Counted from the first letter of the stretch, positions 31,485 to 42,910 are shown. The stretch: DNA of 64,000 bases from an uncultured Rivularia sp. (GCA_963665115.1 OY762007.1:7040001-7104000), one strand, 5' to 3'. Translations and numbers: made by a program. The notes: generated by a model not told the origin, from the sequence alone.

Positions 31485-32936
31485 TCAAACTGCTGCATTC
31501 TTAATGGCAACAACTTGATTCTCCGATTCTGGCAACAAACGCTTCACACCTTGCTGAACAAAATTTTGCAAAAATACTACTTGCTGATTTTGGGCAAATA
31601 CTTTCTGCAAACTCTGCCCAAATTTCTCTAAATTAAATTCGCTTCCAGAATTAACAGCGATTTCCTGCTGCTCAAAATATTCAATTAAAGCTAAACCGGC
31701 AATTCTAGTTAAATAAGCTGCACTTACACCTTGTACAATTCCACCAGCAACAAAGGTAATAGCGTTACTTTTTAATACTGTACTAATTGTCTTGGTAGAA
31801 AGTTCCACTAAACCGAGTTTCAACATCAAGCTTCCCATTTCACCAGCTACGGTTTTCGCTTGCTCTAAAGAAAACTTCTGCTGATATACTCCACCCAAAT
31901 CCATTACCATTTGAGCGTTAATTGCCGCAGCAGCTAATATATCAAGGGCAGGCACTGGGTTTGCAAATGCCGCAGCTGCACTTATCCACTGATATTGTTC
32001 GATTACTGGTAAGGCACGTAATTTTCTAATTCCATTTAATAAGTCTTTGGTTTCGCTCTTAAGCAACTTGCCTTTTCGCATCGTAGTAGCCAATACCAAC
32101 TGCTGTCTTTGAGCTAATAATTTATCCAGCTTTTGATTTAAATCTTGAATATCCGGTGCTGGTTGCTCCATCCATTCTTGCACGGAATTATCTTCAAGGT
32201 GCTTGCGTACTTTGATTGCTTGAGGAGAAGCTGCTATCGCTGCAACATTTCCAGCAATTCGCTGTTTCAAAGATAGCAAAACACTAGCACGTTCATCCGG
32301 TAAACATTGATCTTGTTTATTGTAAACCAACATCAACCGCTGATTCTTAGCTTTTAACTGCTCCAAACTTTGAAATTCTGTTTCTGTCAAATCACCATTG
32401 GTGAGAAACAGCACAAAATCGGATTTAACAGCTTCTTCCAAAGCAGCAGTATCCGAATTACCTTGAATAAATAAGGGTGATGTCTCTTGAAATTCTACAT
32501 TGGCAAAATTTTGATTCTGCAAAACTTTAATCAAAGTGGTTTTACCCACCGATTTACCACCAGTAACTGTTAATTTAATTGATTCTCTATCTAATTCGCT
32601 CTGTAAGTACGGAATTTTTTCTTGTAGTAAAGCTGCTTGTTGTATCGCTTCCTCAAAATCACCCGCTTCTTCTACTAATTTATTTATAGCGATCGCACTA
32701 GTAGCAATGGTATTTTCTACCGTCGCTCTATCAATAGCCATTTCATCTAACTGCTCGCTGGCACGTTTGGGAAGATTTTGTTTAATTAACCACAAACCAC
32801 CACCAACAGCAAGCAAACTTAATAAGCTAAATTCGCCAAACTGCATGACTTTATCGTGCCAACTTTCTAACATCCATAGAGAAAAGGATAAACCCACTCC
32901 TCCCACTAAAATAGGACGCTTTAATTTCCAAACCAT
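31485..32936 (-). CDS. YcjF/DUF697 family protein with a degenerate GTPase domain
   Basis: GGKSVGKT, NKQD, ANPVPALD; likely start MVWKLKRP at 32936. Confidence 0.8.
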   Translation of the reverse strand: MVWKLKRPILVGGVGLSFSLWMLESWHDKVMQFGEFSLLSLLAVGGGLWLIKQNLPKRASEQLDEMAIDRATVENTIATSAIAINKLVEEAGDFEEAIQQAALLQEKIPYLQSELDRESIKLTVTGGKSVGKTTLIKVLQNQNFANVEFQETSPLFIQGNSDTAALEEAVKSDFVLFLTNGDLTETEFQSLEQLKAKNQRLMLVYNKQDQCLPDERASVLLSLKQRIAGNVAAIAASPQAIKVRKHLEDNSVQEWMEQPAPDIQDLNQKLDKLLAQRQQLVLATTMRKGKLLKSETKDLLNGIRKLRALPVIEQYQWISAAAAFANPVPALDILAAAAINAQMVMDLGGVYQQKFSLEQAKTVAGEMGSLMLKLGLVELSTKTISTVLKSNAITFVAGGIVQGVSAAYLTRIAGLALIEYFEQQEIAVNSGSEFNLEKFGQSLQKVFAQNQQVVFLQNFVQQGVKRLLPESENQVVAIKNAAV

Positions 32937-33180
32937 GATTAAATTTACCCAATTATGATGGATGGTTTTTCTTCTCCAAAGTATATCAAAATCTTGCCAA
33001 TAAAGAATTACAGGGATGAACTGATGAATTAAAGTTTTTCTAATTTTCTCGTACAATGGATTATTAACTGTAGAGATAAAATTTTAAACGAGGTTTTATA
33101 TGTCTTTTCTGTAAATGTATTTAGTATATTTAGCTATTTTTAAGAAAAACTTTTAATACCGTAGTGCGAGCATCTTGCTC

Positions 33181-33480
33181 GCTAATATTTTCAATTACTG
33201 GCTAATATTTCCAATTGCTCGCTAATATTTTTAATTGCTCGCTAATATTTCCAATTGCTCGCTAATATTTTTAATTGCTCGCTAATATTTCCAATTACTC
33301 GCTAATATTTCCAATTACTCGCTAATATTTCCAATTGCTCGCTAATATTTCCAATTACTCGCCAATATTTTTAATTACTGGCTAATATTTCCAATTACTC
33401 GCCAATATTTTTAATTACTCGCCAATATTTTTAATTACTGGCTAATATTTCCAATTACTCGCTAATGCTTCCAAATTTTT
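33181..33480. repeat. Tandem array of a 20-bp unit GCYAATATTTYYAATTRCTS, 15 copies (last one degenerate)
   Basis: Exact 20-nt period read directly; no unique spacers. Confidence 0.97.
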
Positions 33481-33500
33481 AGCGATAAATCGCTTGCTAC

Positions 33501-33543
33501 AAACAAAAACAAATCTCTACAATTATAAAAATCGTAGAGATTC
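33501..33543 (-). terminator. Terminator downstream of tRNA-fMet
   Basis: AATCTCTAC...GTAGAGATT stem followed by a T-rich tract on the minus strand. Confidence 0.65.
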
Positions 33544-33557
33544 ATTTATATTTAATT

Positions 33558-33634
<77 letters not shown>

Positions 33635-33676
33635 TCGTTCTTTAATTAATATAACCCAAAGTTTATTATCTGTCAA

Positions 33677-34624
33677 CTACAACATTGATAATTCTCCAAC
33701 TACTTCCAAACGCTTGTATTGAGCCAATGTCATAAACTTTTCTTCAAGGGCTTCGGCAGTGCTGGGGGTAATCCAACCGAGTTGAGTTAATAAATGAATG
33801 GCTACGGCATATTTTGCTCTTTTGGCTCCATCCATTACTTTAATGACTAAACCCATGCCTTCACCAAGCCTGCTAATACACTGCAATCCTTCGGCACCTG
33901 ATTTACTGATTAGCTCTCCTGGAGTTAACTGCATCAGTTCGGTGTCAAATTTGCCTTCACCTGCTAACATCTGCGGATGATGAGTCATAGAACGGACAAT
34001 ACGCTCCATATCCAAACTATTACCTGAAGATAAGCGAGCGTAAAGCGTGGCGATTTGACAGAGTTGCATTAAATAAGTAGGTACCCCACAATCATCATGA
34101 GCGCTGATAAATTCTGCTGCGGGCATCCGTAACAATTCCGAGACTTTGTTTAAGATCAATTGCTGTACTGGGTGCTTGCGCTCTAAATAATTAGCCAATG
34201 GCCAGTTGCATTGCTGACAAACTGCTAACATTCCCGCGTGTTTGCCAGAGCAGTTATATTCCAGGCTGCTGCGTCTGCCGGGGGGAACCGGACATTGCAA
34301 TACTTTGGGGTCTATATCGGCTCGCCATAGAATATTGAAAGCCTGCCTGACGTGTTCTATACTTCCGGCATGAGAACTACAAATAATTGCTAAATCTTTA
34401 TCGTTAAGGTTATAGCGTTCTAAAGTTCCGGTGCTAGTTACAGCCAAGGCTTGAAATGGCTTGAGCGCCGAACGAGCAAATGTAGCTGTTTCGGCGTTTC
34501 CTGCGACAGAAAGAACTCGTCCTCGTTCGTCACACAGTACAGCTTCGACTATATGCTTTGATTCAATAATTCCTTCACGCAACAATCTTACTTCTATTGC
34601 GGGTGCTTGAGTTCGTTTTGCCAT
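33677..34624 (-). CDS. L-asparaginase II family protein
   Basis: RSALKPFQA, CSSH, NCSGKH, DDCG, KSGAEG. Confidence 0.92.
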   Translation of the reverse strand: MAKRTQAPAIEVRLLREGIIESKHIVEAVLCDERGRVLSVAGNAETATFARSALKPFQALAVTSTGTLERYNLNDKDLAIICSSHAGSIEHVRQAFNILWRADIDPKVLQCPVPPGRRSSLEYNCSGKHAGMLAVCQQCNWPLANYLERKHPVQQLILNKVSELLRMPAAEFISAHDDCGVPTYLMQLCQIATLYARLSSGNSLDMERIVRSMTHHPQMLAGEGKFDTELMQLTPGELISKSGAEGLQCISRLGEGMGLVIKVMDGAKRAKYAVAIHLLTQLGWITPSTAEALEEKFMTLAQYKRLEVVGELSML

Positions 34625-34690
34625 TACCAATCCTTAGACAATTCTTAGCCATGAGCTATTACCTATTAACTCATAACTTTTAACTAACAT

Positions 34691-35191
34691 TTATAGGAAT
34701 TGCCAAGTTGTCATACCAGCAGCGAACAAGATAACTAAACACAATGCGGTTATTTGTAACCTTTGAATAATCGGTTTAATCTCGTAGTTGACAACTAAAC
34801 GGTCCCGATCTAAAACTTGTTGGGGTTTCATCCAGTTTTGACCGTCGTACCACCCCGATTCTTCGTAAAAGATTACTGGACTTACCAGTCTACCGCGCAC
34901 GTAGGACCAACCCAAGTACAAACGCAATACAACTAGAACCACTCCTGCACTTGCTCCTGCTACTCCACATAAGACGAATTGAGCGGCATACTTATGTGGG
35001 GGGAAACTTGAGTAAGCCACAGGCCCTGCTACCAACCACGATAAACCCCATGCCCACGCTATTGTAGTTAGATAAGAGCGCATTGAAAGGCTACAATCGC
35101 GGAATAGCCAGGATTTTTTTAATTGTTCGTACTCGTTGAGCGGTTGCTGTTCGGTAGGAACGGGACAACTCGATACCTCATAATCAATCAT
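34691..35191 (-). CDS. CGLD27/Ycf36 (DUF1230) family membrane protein
   Basis: CPVPTEQQPLNEY, YEESGWYDGQ. Confidence 0.92.
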   Translation of the reverse strand: MIDYEVSSCPVPTEQQPLNEYEQLKKSWLFRDCSLSMRSYLTTIAWAWGLSWLVAGPVAYSSFPPHKYAAQFVLCGVAGASAGVVLVVLRLYLGWSYVRGRLVSPVIFYEESGWYDGQNWMKPQQVLDRDRLVVNYEIKPIIQRLQITALCLVILFAAGMTTWQFL

Positions 35192-35645
35192 GTTGGTTCA
35201 CCTTTGAGGATGCCTGAAAATCTATACGTTCGGCATGACCCCAGAATGCTTCTAAATCGTAATATTCTCTTTCCGAGGGCATCATAACGTGAACAATGAC
35301 TTCGCCGTAATCCAACAGTACCCAACTTGCTTCAACTTTGCCTTCCGTTCGCAAAGGCTTGCGATCGCACTTCTCTTCAACAACTTGTTCTATGGTGTTG
35401 GCGATCGCCCTTACCTGCACGTTGGAATAACCACTCATCATGACAAAATAATCGGCGAGGTAAGATACATCCGTAACGCGAAGCATTAACATATCGCCTG
35501 CTTTACGGTCTAGCCCTGCTTCTGCAATGGTTTCAGCTAGTTCTTTTGCGCTTAAATCGTCAGTATCAAGCTGTTGAGAATCAATTCTGCGGTTAGTAAC
35601 AGCAACAAATTCGGACTGCAAATTGTCTTGGAAATAATCAGACAT
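35184..35645 (-). CDS. rsfS: Ribosome silencing factor (Iojap)
   Basis: LADYFV, QVRAIA, WVLLDYG, YYDLEAFW. Confidence 0.96.
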   Translation of the reverse strand: MSDYFQDNLQSEFVAVTNRRIDSQQLDTDDLSAKELAETIAEAGLDRKAGDMLMLRVTDVSYLADYFVMMSGYSNVQVRAIANTIEQVVEEKCDRKPLRTEGKVEASWVLLDYGEVIVHVMMPSEREYYDLEAFWGHAERIDFQASSKVNQHD

Positions 35646-35791
35646 TAAACCTTGCTCTGATAAATGTGGGTGAGGTTTTCGGATTTTTCTGGAGTTAGCT
35701 GGCGGCAACTGCGACGGTTAATTGCAAATATTAATCAATTGGTTTCTTAAATACTAGCAAAAAACAGATATTTATCGCCTAAATAATGTCA

Positions 35792-36371
35792 TCATTCGCC
35801 ACCGTATTTCCACCTAATCAAAAATCTATTTCGGGTCGCAATTAATCGCGGATGAATTAAGCGAGGACTATCCAGCAACTTTTTCAAAGTGCGGTCGCAA
35901 GTCAAATATACCGCTTTATCAATATTCTCTTGACTAATTTGTCTTAATAGTTGTAAAGAAACTGTATTGCCTCTTCGGGGTTCTATACTATCGGCTAAAA
36001 ATACGATACAAGATAGCGGACTCATTTCGGGTCTACCTAAAGTGTGACAAGCTATGGCATTTAACACTTGTGTATCTGACACACTAAATGTATCTCTAGC
36101 TACAATAGCACTGACATCTGCGTGCAAAAGATGGGGATTTGCGGACAATATTTCGTCTAATATTAATCCCTCTTCTCGTGCCATACGCTCTCATCCGTTG
36201 GGGCTTAAAACATTTAGCCAAGTCGTGCATCAGACCAGCAGTTGCGGCTTTTTGCCGGTCTAAATTATAAACAGCAGCCAAATCGACAGCCGTTTGTTCG
36301 ACTCTGAGAATATGCTGTACCCGCTCTGCCGGAACGTTTTGTGATAAATAAGTTAATACTTGTTCGCGCAT
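35792..36371 (-). CDS. yqeK: HD-domain Ap4A hydrolase YqeK (frameshift near 36185-36194)
   Basis: H-ILRV, AGLMHDLAK, LLHA, HTLG, FLADSIEP spread over two frames; upstream of rsfS. Confidence 0.88.
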
Positions 36372-36483
36372 CCCAACATAATTGCTGGTTAAAGAATAAT
36401 TACAGTTAAAACAGTAATAATATTATTGTAACGAACTTTTCATTTTAGGCTTTTTCAAAAAATTACAAAGTTTTACAAAAAAT

Positions 36484-36510
36484 TAACCCCAGTTGTCAAA
36501 ACTGGGGTTA
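36484..36510 (-). terminator. Terminator hairpin after the glycosyltransferase
   Basis: TAACCCCAGTT...AACTGGGGTTA with a T-tract on the minus strand. Confidence 0.7.
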
Positions 36511-36583
36511 GGGAATTATTAGAAGGCGGATATGAATTATAGAATCTTCTCTTCAGCCCCTTGTATGATTCAAAAAAAGTAAA

Positions 36584-37856
36584 TTAGACTTCCTGCTTCG
36601 ACACAACCCTAGTGTCAATTGTCGATCTGTTATCTTTCACAGATTCAAACAAAGACTCATAATTATTCAAAGCTTGCTCGAAAGCATATTGCTCAACAGC
36701 ATATTTACGACTGTTATACCCTAAAGTTTTAACTTTTTCTGGATGCTCGTACAAATCCAAAACAGCATCAGCCAAATCTAAAGGTTCTTCTGGGGGAACG
36801 AGTTTTCCACCACCACTTTGTCGAATAGCTCTTGCAGCAGTTCCGCTATCGGGAACGGATGCGATTATGGCACTACCGCTGGCAAGCAAGACTTGAATTT
36901 TTGATGGCATATTAAAGGAAATCACATTTTTTTTCTGTACCACCAATCCAACATCAGCAGCAGACAGCATTTCTGGTAAACGTTTCTCGTGGTTGGAAAG
37001 GTAAGAGCAATACATTATCTGCACCGCATTGATTGCATTCTTCCTGAAGTCGCTGCAATCCAGAAGCTTCCCCAACGATTACAAAAGCTATATCTTGAAT
37101 ATCGCGTAATTTTGCAGCAGCTTTAACAACAGTTTCTAAACCTTGAGTCAGAGCAATATTACCCGAATATAAAACTACAAACTTATTTTCTAAATTATGT
37201 TCGGCGCGAAAAGCATTATTTTCTTTTGGCATCGGACGAATAAAATTCACATCTACCCAGTTAGGAATTTGCACTATTTTATCCGGTGCTACATTCTTAG
37301 ATACCAAATTATCTACAAATCCATCAGCGATAACGCTAATTTTATCGGCAGAGCGATAAGCAAATTTTTCTAAAATTGAAAATATCCGAATTAAAGATTT
37401 GTTTTTAAGCAAACCAACATGAACCGCAGCTTCTGGTAGTATATCTTGTAGATTTAAAATAACCGGACATCTATGCAGCCATCCTAAAAGGGTAGTTGGG
37501 AGACAAACTGGTAAAGATGGTGATGTAGAAAGAATTACATCGGGTCGCCAGCCGAACAGAGCAGGCATGAAGCTAGTAAACACAAAGCTAGCATCCAACA
37601 TTACCCTATCTAGCAGATTAGGCTGGGGACGAATCCAAACATAGCTTCTTTGAATTTTTACGCCATTTTTATACTCAGTTAGATAAAACTTGCCTCGGTA
37701 GTCTTGATAGATTTTACGCTCCGGATAGTTAGGCATAGCGGTAACGACACGTACTTGGTGTCCCCGTTTAACCAAACCCTCTGCCAATTCAGTCATCAAG
37801 GGAGCAATACCGATTGGTTCTGGATGGTAGTTGTATGAGTAAATTAAAATTCGCAT
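36584..37856 (-). CDS. GT4 glycosyltransferase, WcaI-like (one extra base at 36978-36980, probably a sequencing error)
   Basis: YNYHPEPIGIA, YSGNI, MPSKI; removing one T gives PRETLPEMLSAAD. Confidence 0.9.
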
Positions 37857-38550
37857 AGTAAAAAATCTAAGAACCCACTAATAGTTCTTTTGAAAACAAC
37901 ATTTATTTCTAAATTCGTTCCGCACTAAAAAATGCGCTTGTATTTTATTTTCCTTGTAATATCTTTTAACGTCAGTCCATTTTCGTTAAAGATTGAGTAA
38001 AATTTAATGCAGTATGAGGAGAATTACTGTAAAGGCAAAGTCATTTATTAACTAACATTTCAATTTACGTTCTCGTATCAATACTTAAGTGGAAGCATGA
38101 AATAAAGCAATAAAGATTGATGCTTAGATATTGTTTTGTTTTGTCAACAGTGCGATCGCAGAGTCTGTTAGAATTACAAGCAAAAAAACTAGCAAATTCC
38201 TTATATAGCCCAAGCGTATACAAAAAATATTGTTTGGTTAGAGCTTTTACTCTTAATCTATAAGTATATTAGCGAACATTACTTACTGCAAATCTACCCC
38301 TAGTGGAGATGGAGATTTCAAAATTATATTCTTAGTTTGAAGTGGATTAATTTATCAAAAATCACGAAAAAGACCGCTAAAAACGGTCATAGTTATACTT
38401 GTTATTCTAATTAGATAGTTGTACAAGAGGGAATAGTGAACAGAAGAATGTCCGAACCAGAAAACGTAGTGCTATAAAGTTCAAAATCTTAGACAGAATA
38501 TTTCTAATTCCCAATTCCCAATTCCCAATATTTAACAGTACAAAAACTGA

Positions 38551-38592
38551 AAGAGGAGGTATGAATGGAAAATCACCTTCATACCTCCTCTT
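38551..38592. terminator. 15-bp perfect inverted repeat after the sugar transferase
   Basis: AAGAGGAGGTATGAA-N12-TTCATACCTCCTCTT. Confidence 0.65.
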
Positions 38593-38640
38593 AATAAGAA
38601 TTTTGCTAATTAATTACTTTAAATTGAGTAAAGTTGTTAA

Positions 38641-39666
38641 TTACATCGCGCCGCTGCTCTTGTTGAATAAAATCGCAACGGTTTTAAAAATAAGCTTTAA
38701 ATCATACATTAGACTCCAGTTTTTTTGATACTGTAAATCTAAACGAATTACATCTTCAAAATTGCGAATACTAGAACGTCCGTTTACTTGCCATTCCCCA
38801 GTCATACCCGGTTTAACATCCAGACGTTCCCATTCAGGTACTTCATAGCATTCGACTTCATCGGGTGTCGGTGGTCTAGTGCCGACTAAACTCATTTCTC
38901 CTTTAAGAACATTCCAAAATTGTGGTAGTTCATCTAAACTAGTACGTCTTAGGAATCTACCCACATTTGTTACTCTAGGATCTTTGTCTATTTTGAAAAA
39001 TGCACCTTGAACTTGATTAAGCTTTTGCAGTTCCGCTTTTTTGGCTTCTGCGTCTACACACATCGAGCGGAATTTCCACATCTTAAAACGCTTACCCATC
39101 CAACCACAACGAATTTGACCAAAGAAAATAGGACCTGGATCGTCAATCGTGATGGCAATAACAATCGGAATAGATAATATTCCTGTAATTACCAAACCGA
39201 CTAAGGCACCTACAATATCAATAAATCGTTTCGTCCAAGAACGTACAGAAGGATGAGTTTCGGGCAGTTGCTCTTCCCGTTTTGTTGAATTTTGCTCGCT
39301 CTTAAGTTCTCCTTGTTCAATTGTAAAGACATCAACCAAACCTGTAAGATTCAGTACCGCCATCACTTGAGGAGTAACATTTTGCAATACTAATTCAATC
39401 GCTTTCTCTTGAGCATTCTTGAAATTACTAACTAAAGCACCCAAACCACTACTATCCATAAAAGTAGTTTGTCCAAAATCAATAATAATTTTTTTAGGAG
39501 TTGGATTTACATTAATCAGTTCTTCACAAGTTTGCTTAAAATCTAGAGCTTCTAGCACGCTTAAACGAGCGCTTACCTCTACTCTAAGCGTCTCCTCTGA
39601 TAATTTAACCGGAAAATTTACTTCTATAGGTTCGTTACCCATGAAACCTTGAACTTTAGTTGTCAT
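38641..39666 (-). CDS. STAS (anti-sigma antagonist) domain fused to a priming sugar transferase
   Basis: FMDSSGLGAL; KFRSM, DPRVT, SLDELPQ, KPGMTG. Confidence 0.93.
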   Translation of the reverse strand: MTTKVQGFMGNEPIEVNFPVKLSEETLRVEVSARLSVLEALDFKQTCEELINVNPTPKKIIIDFGQTTFMDSSGLGALVSNFKNAQEKAIELVLQNVTPQVMAVLNLTGLVDVFTIEQGELKSEQNSTKREEQLPETHPSVRSWTKRFIDIVGALVGLVITGILSIPIVIAITIDDPGPIFFGQIRCGWMGKRFKMWKFRSMCVDAEAKKAELQKLNQVQGAFFKIDKDPRVTNVGRFLRRTSLDELPQFWNVLKGEMSLVGTRPPTPDEVECYEVPEWERLDVKPGMTGEWQVNGRSSIRNFEDVIRLDLQYQKNWSLMYDLKLIFKTVAILFNKSSGAM

Positions 39667-40001
39667 ATTAATGTTTTACTACTTGCATTACGCGGGTTCT
39701 AGAAACCGTTTGAAACAAATGCCTATTTATTAGCTGATAAGAAATAATTAGCTGAAAATTTAGATTGAAATCGAATATTATCCATGACGGTTCACAATAG
39801 AACAAGGATTCAACCGTCTTTCGGTAAGTGTCATTCGTTCGATAGAGTCCGAAACATAGATTTTGTCTTGCCACGAGCCGTAATCGAAAATCATGCTCCT
39901 ACATGAGGATAAACCAAAAATCCGACCTGATAATTGAAATTTGTGTAAAAAACTTCCATTATTCTATTGTCAAGCGCCTATATACCAAGGCAATTCATCC
40001 A

Positions 40002-40799
40002 ATGACTACCAAAACTGCTGTTAACGAGAACGCCAGCCTGATAGAAGTCTTCTCAGCAATTCAAGGAGAAGGACTAAATATAGGAACCCGTCAAATTTTT
40101 ATTCGTTTTGCCTTTTGTGACTTGCGCTGTCACTTTTGCGATAGCGCTCATACTTGGAATGCACCCGCCACTTGTAGAATTGAACAAACCCCTGGGAATC
40201 GCGATTTTGAAATTTGCTCAAATCCTGTTTCATTACCCATGTTAACCGAATGGGTTGAGCGGCAAAATATACCTCGCTTACACGATAGCATTAGCTTAAC
40301 TGGAGGCGAACCTCTACTCCATGCCAGGTTTTTATCAAAATTCCTACCACAAATCAGTTTAACCACTGGTTTACCTATATACCTAGAATCTGGGGGACAT
40401 CGCCCGGAACAACTCGCTATGATTCTACCTTACTTGGACTCTGTAGGAATGGATCTCAAGCTACCTAGTGTTAGTGGTGAAAGTCGTTGGGAAGAACACG
40501 AAACTTTTCTCCAAATATGTTATGAAGCTCGTATTGAAGTATTCGTTAAAATCATTATTTCCTTTGTTACAGACTCTGCCGAACTAAAACGTTCTGCTCA
40601 GTTAATAACAGCGGTAAATCCAACAATACCAGTCTTTTTACAGCCTGTAACGGCATTAAGCCCGACCGAACAATTTGCCGATCTACCCGTGCTTGCTCCA
40701 ACTCCCAAACAAGTTATTGATTGGCAGGCTTTGATGAAAAAATACCTTAAGTCAGTCCGCGTAGTACCCCAAACTCACAAGATGATTAGTCAGCTTTGA
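40002..40799 (+). CDS. queE: 7-carboxy-7-deazaguanine synthase (radical SAM)
   Basis: EVFSAIQGEG, CDLRCHFCD, TGGEP, PQTHK. Confidence 0.9.
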   Translation: MTTKTAVNENASLIEVFSAIQGEGLNIGTRQIFIRFAFCDLRCHFCDSAHTWNAPATCRIEQTPGNRDFEICSNPVSLPMLTEWVERQNIPRLHDSISLTGGEPLLHARFLSKFLPQISLTTGLPIYLESGGHRPEQLAMILPYLDSVGMDLKLPSVSGESRWEEHETFLQICYEARIEVFVKIIISFVTDSAELKRSAQLITAVNPTIPVFLQPVTALSPTEQFADLPVLAPTPKQVIDWQALMKKYLKSVRVVPQTHKMISQL

Positions 40800-41344
40800 A
40801 TCATACTCATAATTCAGCGTGAATATACGTAGATGCAATCTGATAAACCTTTATTTCAAGCAAGCTTGGAGTTACTATAGCGCAACTAACAAAGTTTACA
40901 ATGTTTCCGTATTTATGTTTTAAAAGCTATTTTATGAAGATATTGCCAAGAAAAAAATAAGTTTCTGTAAACCATTATTATCGAAGCAGTTTTATTCAAA
41001 AAAACTATCGGAATGTGCTTCAAATTACTAAGAATAAAATCTCAAACGCTCAGCACACAAAAAATAAAGCCTAAATGCTTTGGTTGAAGTTTTTAAGCAA
41101 AACCTGATGAAAACCTTGGTAAAATCAAAATCGAGATGAATAACAATATTCCCAATATAGAAAGTAACTAGCTATACATTTGAAGAAAAAATATAATGGT
41201 CTTTCTTAAGTAACATTTCTGCTAATATTTCCGCGTTGGCTTAATATTATTCACGAACGATAAAATGATAATTTTGATTTTTTAAACCTTTAAAAAGCTA
41301 ATTCGGTAGGGCGGGGCGGGAATCCCCATCCCTACTTAGAAATA

Positions 41345-41989
41345 TCAATATCCGCCTTCATCCATATTTCGAGATTTAGATTTGGCTTTATTAGCACTGC
41401 GCTTGAGTGCAGAAAGTCGGGCTTCATATTTCGATCTTTGGCGCTTACTAGGAGATTTTTCAATTAAGGTTTTTAAAGCGCTACCTAAACTCTTATAAGC
41501 ATTGGGCAAACTATAACCAAAGCGAGTTGCTAAAGCAATGGCTTTTTCATCAGCTTCAATTAATTCCCGAGCTACCTTTTCGCCACTATTCTTTTGGAAC
41601 AATCGCCAGCCAGAAACGCCACACAAGGCTAATGCAAGCACTAATAGCAATCCATCTTGTACCCATAGTTCACCTACAGCGCCGCCTAAACCTATTGCCA
41701 AGGCTGCCATTTCCCAACCATCTTTAGGGATAGTATCGTTTTGAATCCGAGCGACTTCGTGCCAAAATAACAGGTTTCGCTGATCCATTGCCAACTCATC
41801 CCATTTTGCCAAGTCAATCTGAATCTCTACCTGATCTTTACCAATTTCTTCGCTACGAACCAGGAGTGGATTAACCTCGGTAGTGCCTTCAACCGTAACC
41901 CAGCTTTGTAATTCTGGAGGTAATAAGCCTTTTAATCGCCGGAGTTCGCTCATTTCCGCTTTCGCCGAAGAGGTTGCGTAAGATGTCAT
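41345..41989 (-). CDS. DUF3318 family protein
   Basis: ELRRLKGLLPPEL, QRNLLFWHEV. Confidence 0.8.
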   Translation of the reverse strand: MTSYATSSAKAEMSELRRLKGLLPPELQSWVTVEGTTEVNPLLVRSEEIGKDQVEIQIDLAKWDELAMDQRNLLFWHEVARIQNDTIPKDGWEMAALAIGLGGAVGELWVQDGLLLVLALALCGVSGWRLFQKNSGEKVARELIEADEKAIALATRFGYSLPNAYKSLGSALKTLIEKSPSKRQRSKYEARLSALKRSANKAKSKSRNMDEGGY

Positions 41990-42069
41990 AAAACCACTTA
42001 CCAAAAAAACTAAATTATATTGTGATGTTGCCTTACAAGGAGTATAGCTATATGATAGACAATTCGATT

Positions 42070-42627
42070 TTATTCACTAGGAAATCTTCCGCGTTTTTTC
42101 CTTGCTTCCATTGCCTTTTCAAGAAGATCCAACAATCCAGGAGCCTGTTCTTGAATGCTCAGTAGCAGTCTTTCACCTACTTCTACATTACCTGGGTCGT
42201 GACCAGTTTCCATCACTTCCTGAAGACGAGGTATTGCTACACTGTCAACTAGTTGAACTAACCCACTCAAGCAACGATTAAATTGTTTCTCGGTAAGCGT
42301 CGAATCTTCGATCGGAAACTCAATAATAGCTCGGATTTCGCCATCAGACGGGTCATATTCCCATTGCAGCATCTTGGTTTCCCAAGAAATAACTAACATT
42401 GTTTGTAAAATTGCGGCCTTATGCGGATGATCCTTTACGCCACTCAGCACTTGAGGCGCAAAGACGCGGAAAAACTTTCCATCCTCATCTAACTGAATTA
42501 CAATCAGAAAATCTTCAACGCGATCGCCTTCCACACCCGTAACAATACGGTCTTCCTCTTCATCAATACGATAGTCCCAACCAATTTGGTCTAGATATCC
42601 GCCAATTTCTTGCACGCTTACTGCCAT
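42070..42627 (-). CDS. YbjN-like (chaperone-fold) protein
   Basis: QWEYDPSDGEIRA; acidic protein, family recognised by resemblance only. Confidence 0.6.
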   Translation of the reverse strand: MAVSVQEIGGYLDQIGWDYRIDEEEDRIVTGVEGDRVEDFLIVIQLDEDGKFFRVFAPQVLSGVKDHPHKAAILQTMLVISWETKMLQWEYDPSDGEIRAIIEFPIEDSTLTEKQFNRCLSGLVQLVDSVAIPRLQEVMETGHDPGNVEVGERLLLSIQEQAPGLLDLLEKAMEARKKRGRFPSE

Positions 42628-42910
42628 AAAAAGCCCCCGTTAAAACCCTCTGTGTGGCTATTGCCAGATTTAGTTTAGCAAGCCACGGGCAGAGCTAATA
42701 AGTGAAATTGCTACCATCTACTACGTTTTTTGTATAAATGTCATCTAAATTAGTAATTTAACTAATAAATAATATAGGTGTACATTGCCCGAAGATAAAT
42801 AAGACAAAAATCTTCCTCCTCAAGACATATTTAATATAGTCACGAAAGCTACTTAAAATATAACAAATTTAGAATTTATTATTTATTTGAGAATTTCAAA
42901 TATCAAAAAT

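Noticed and set aside
33181..33480. Possible CRISPR array
   Set aside because: Units are head-to-tail with no unique spacers, and there are no cas genes in the window.
40002..40799. queE as a sign of a 7-deazaguanine DNA modification (dpd) island
   Set aside because: No dpdA/tgt-like or other que genes are adjacent, and the context is housekeeping.
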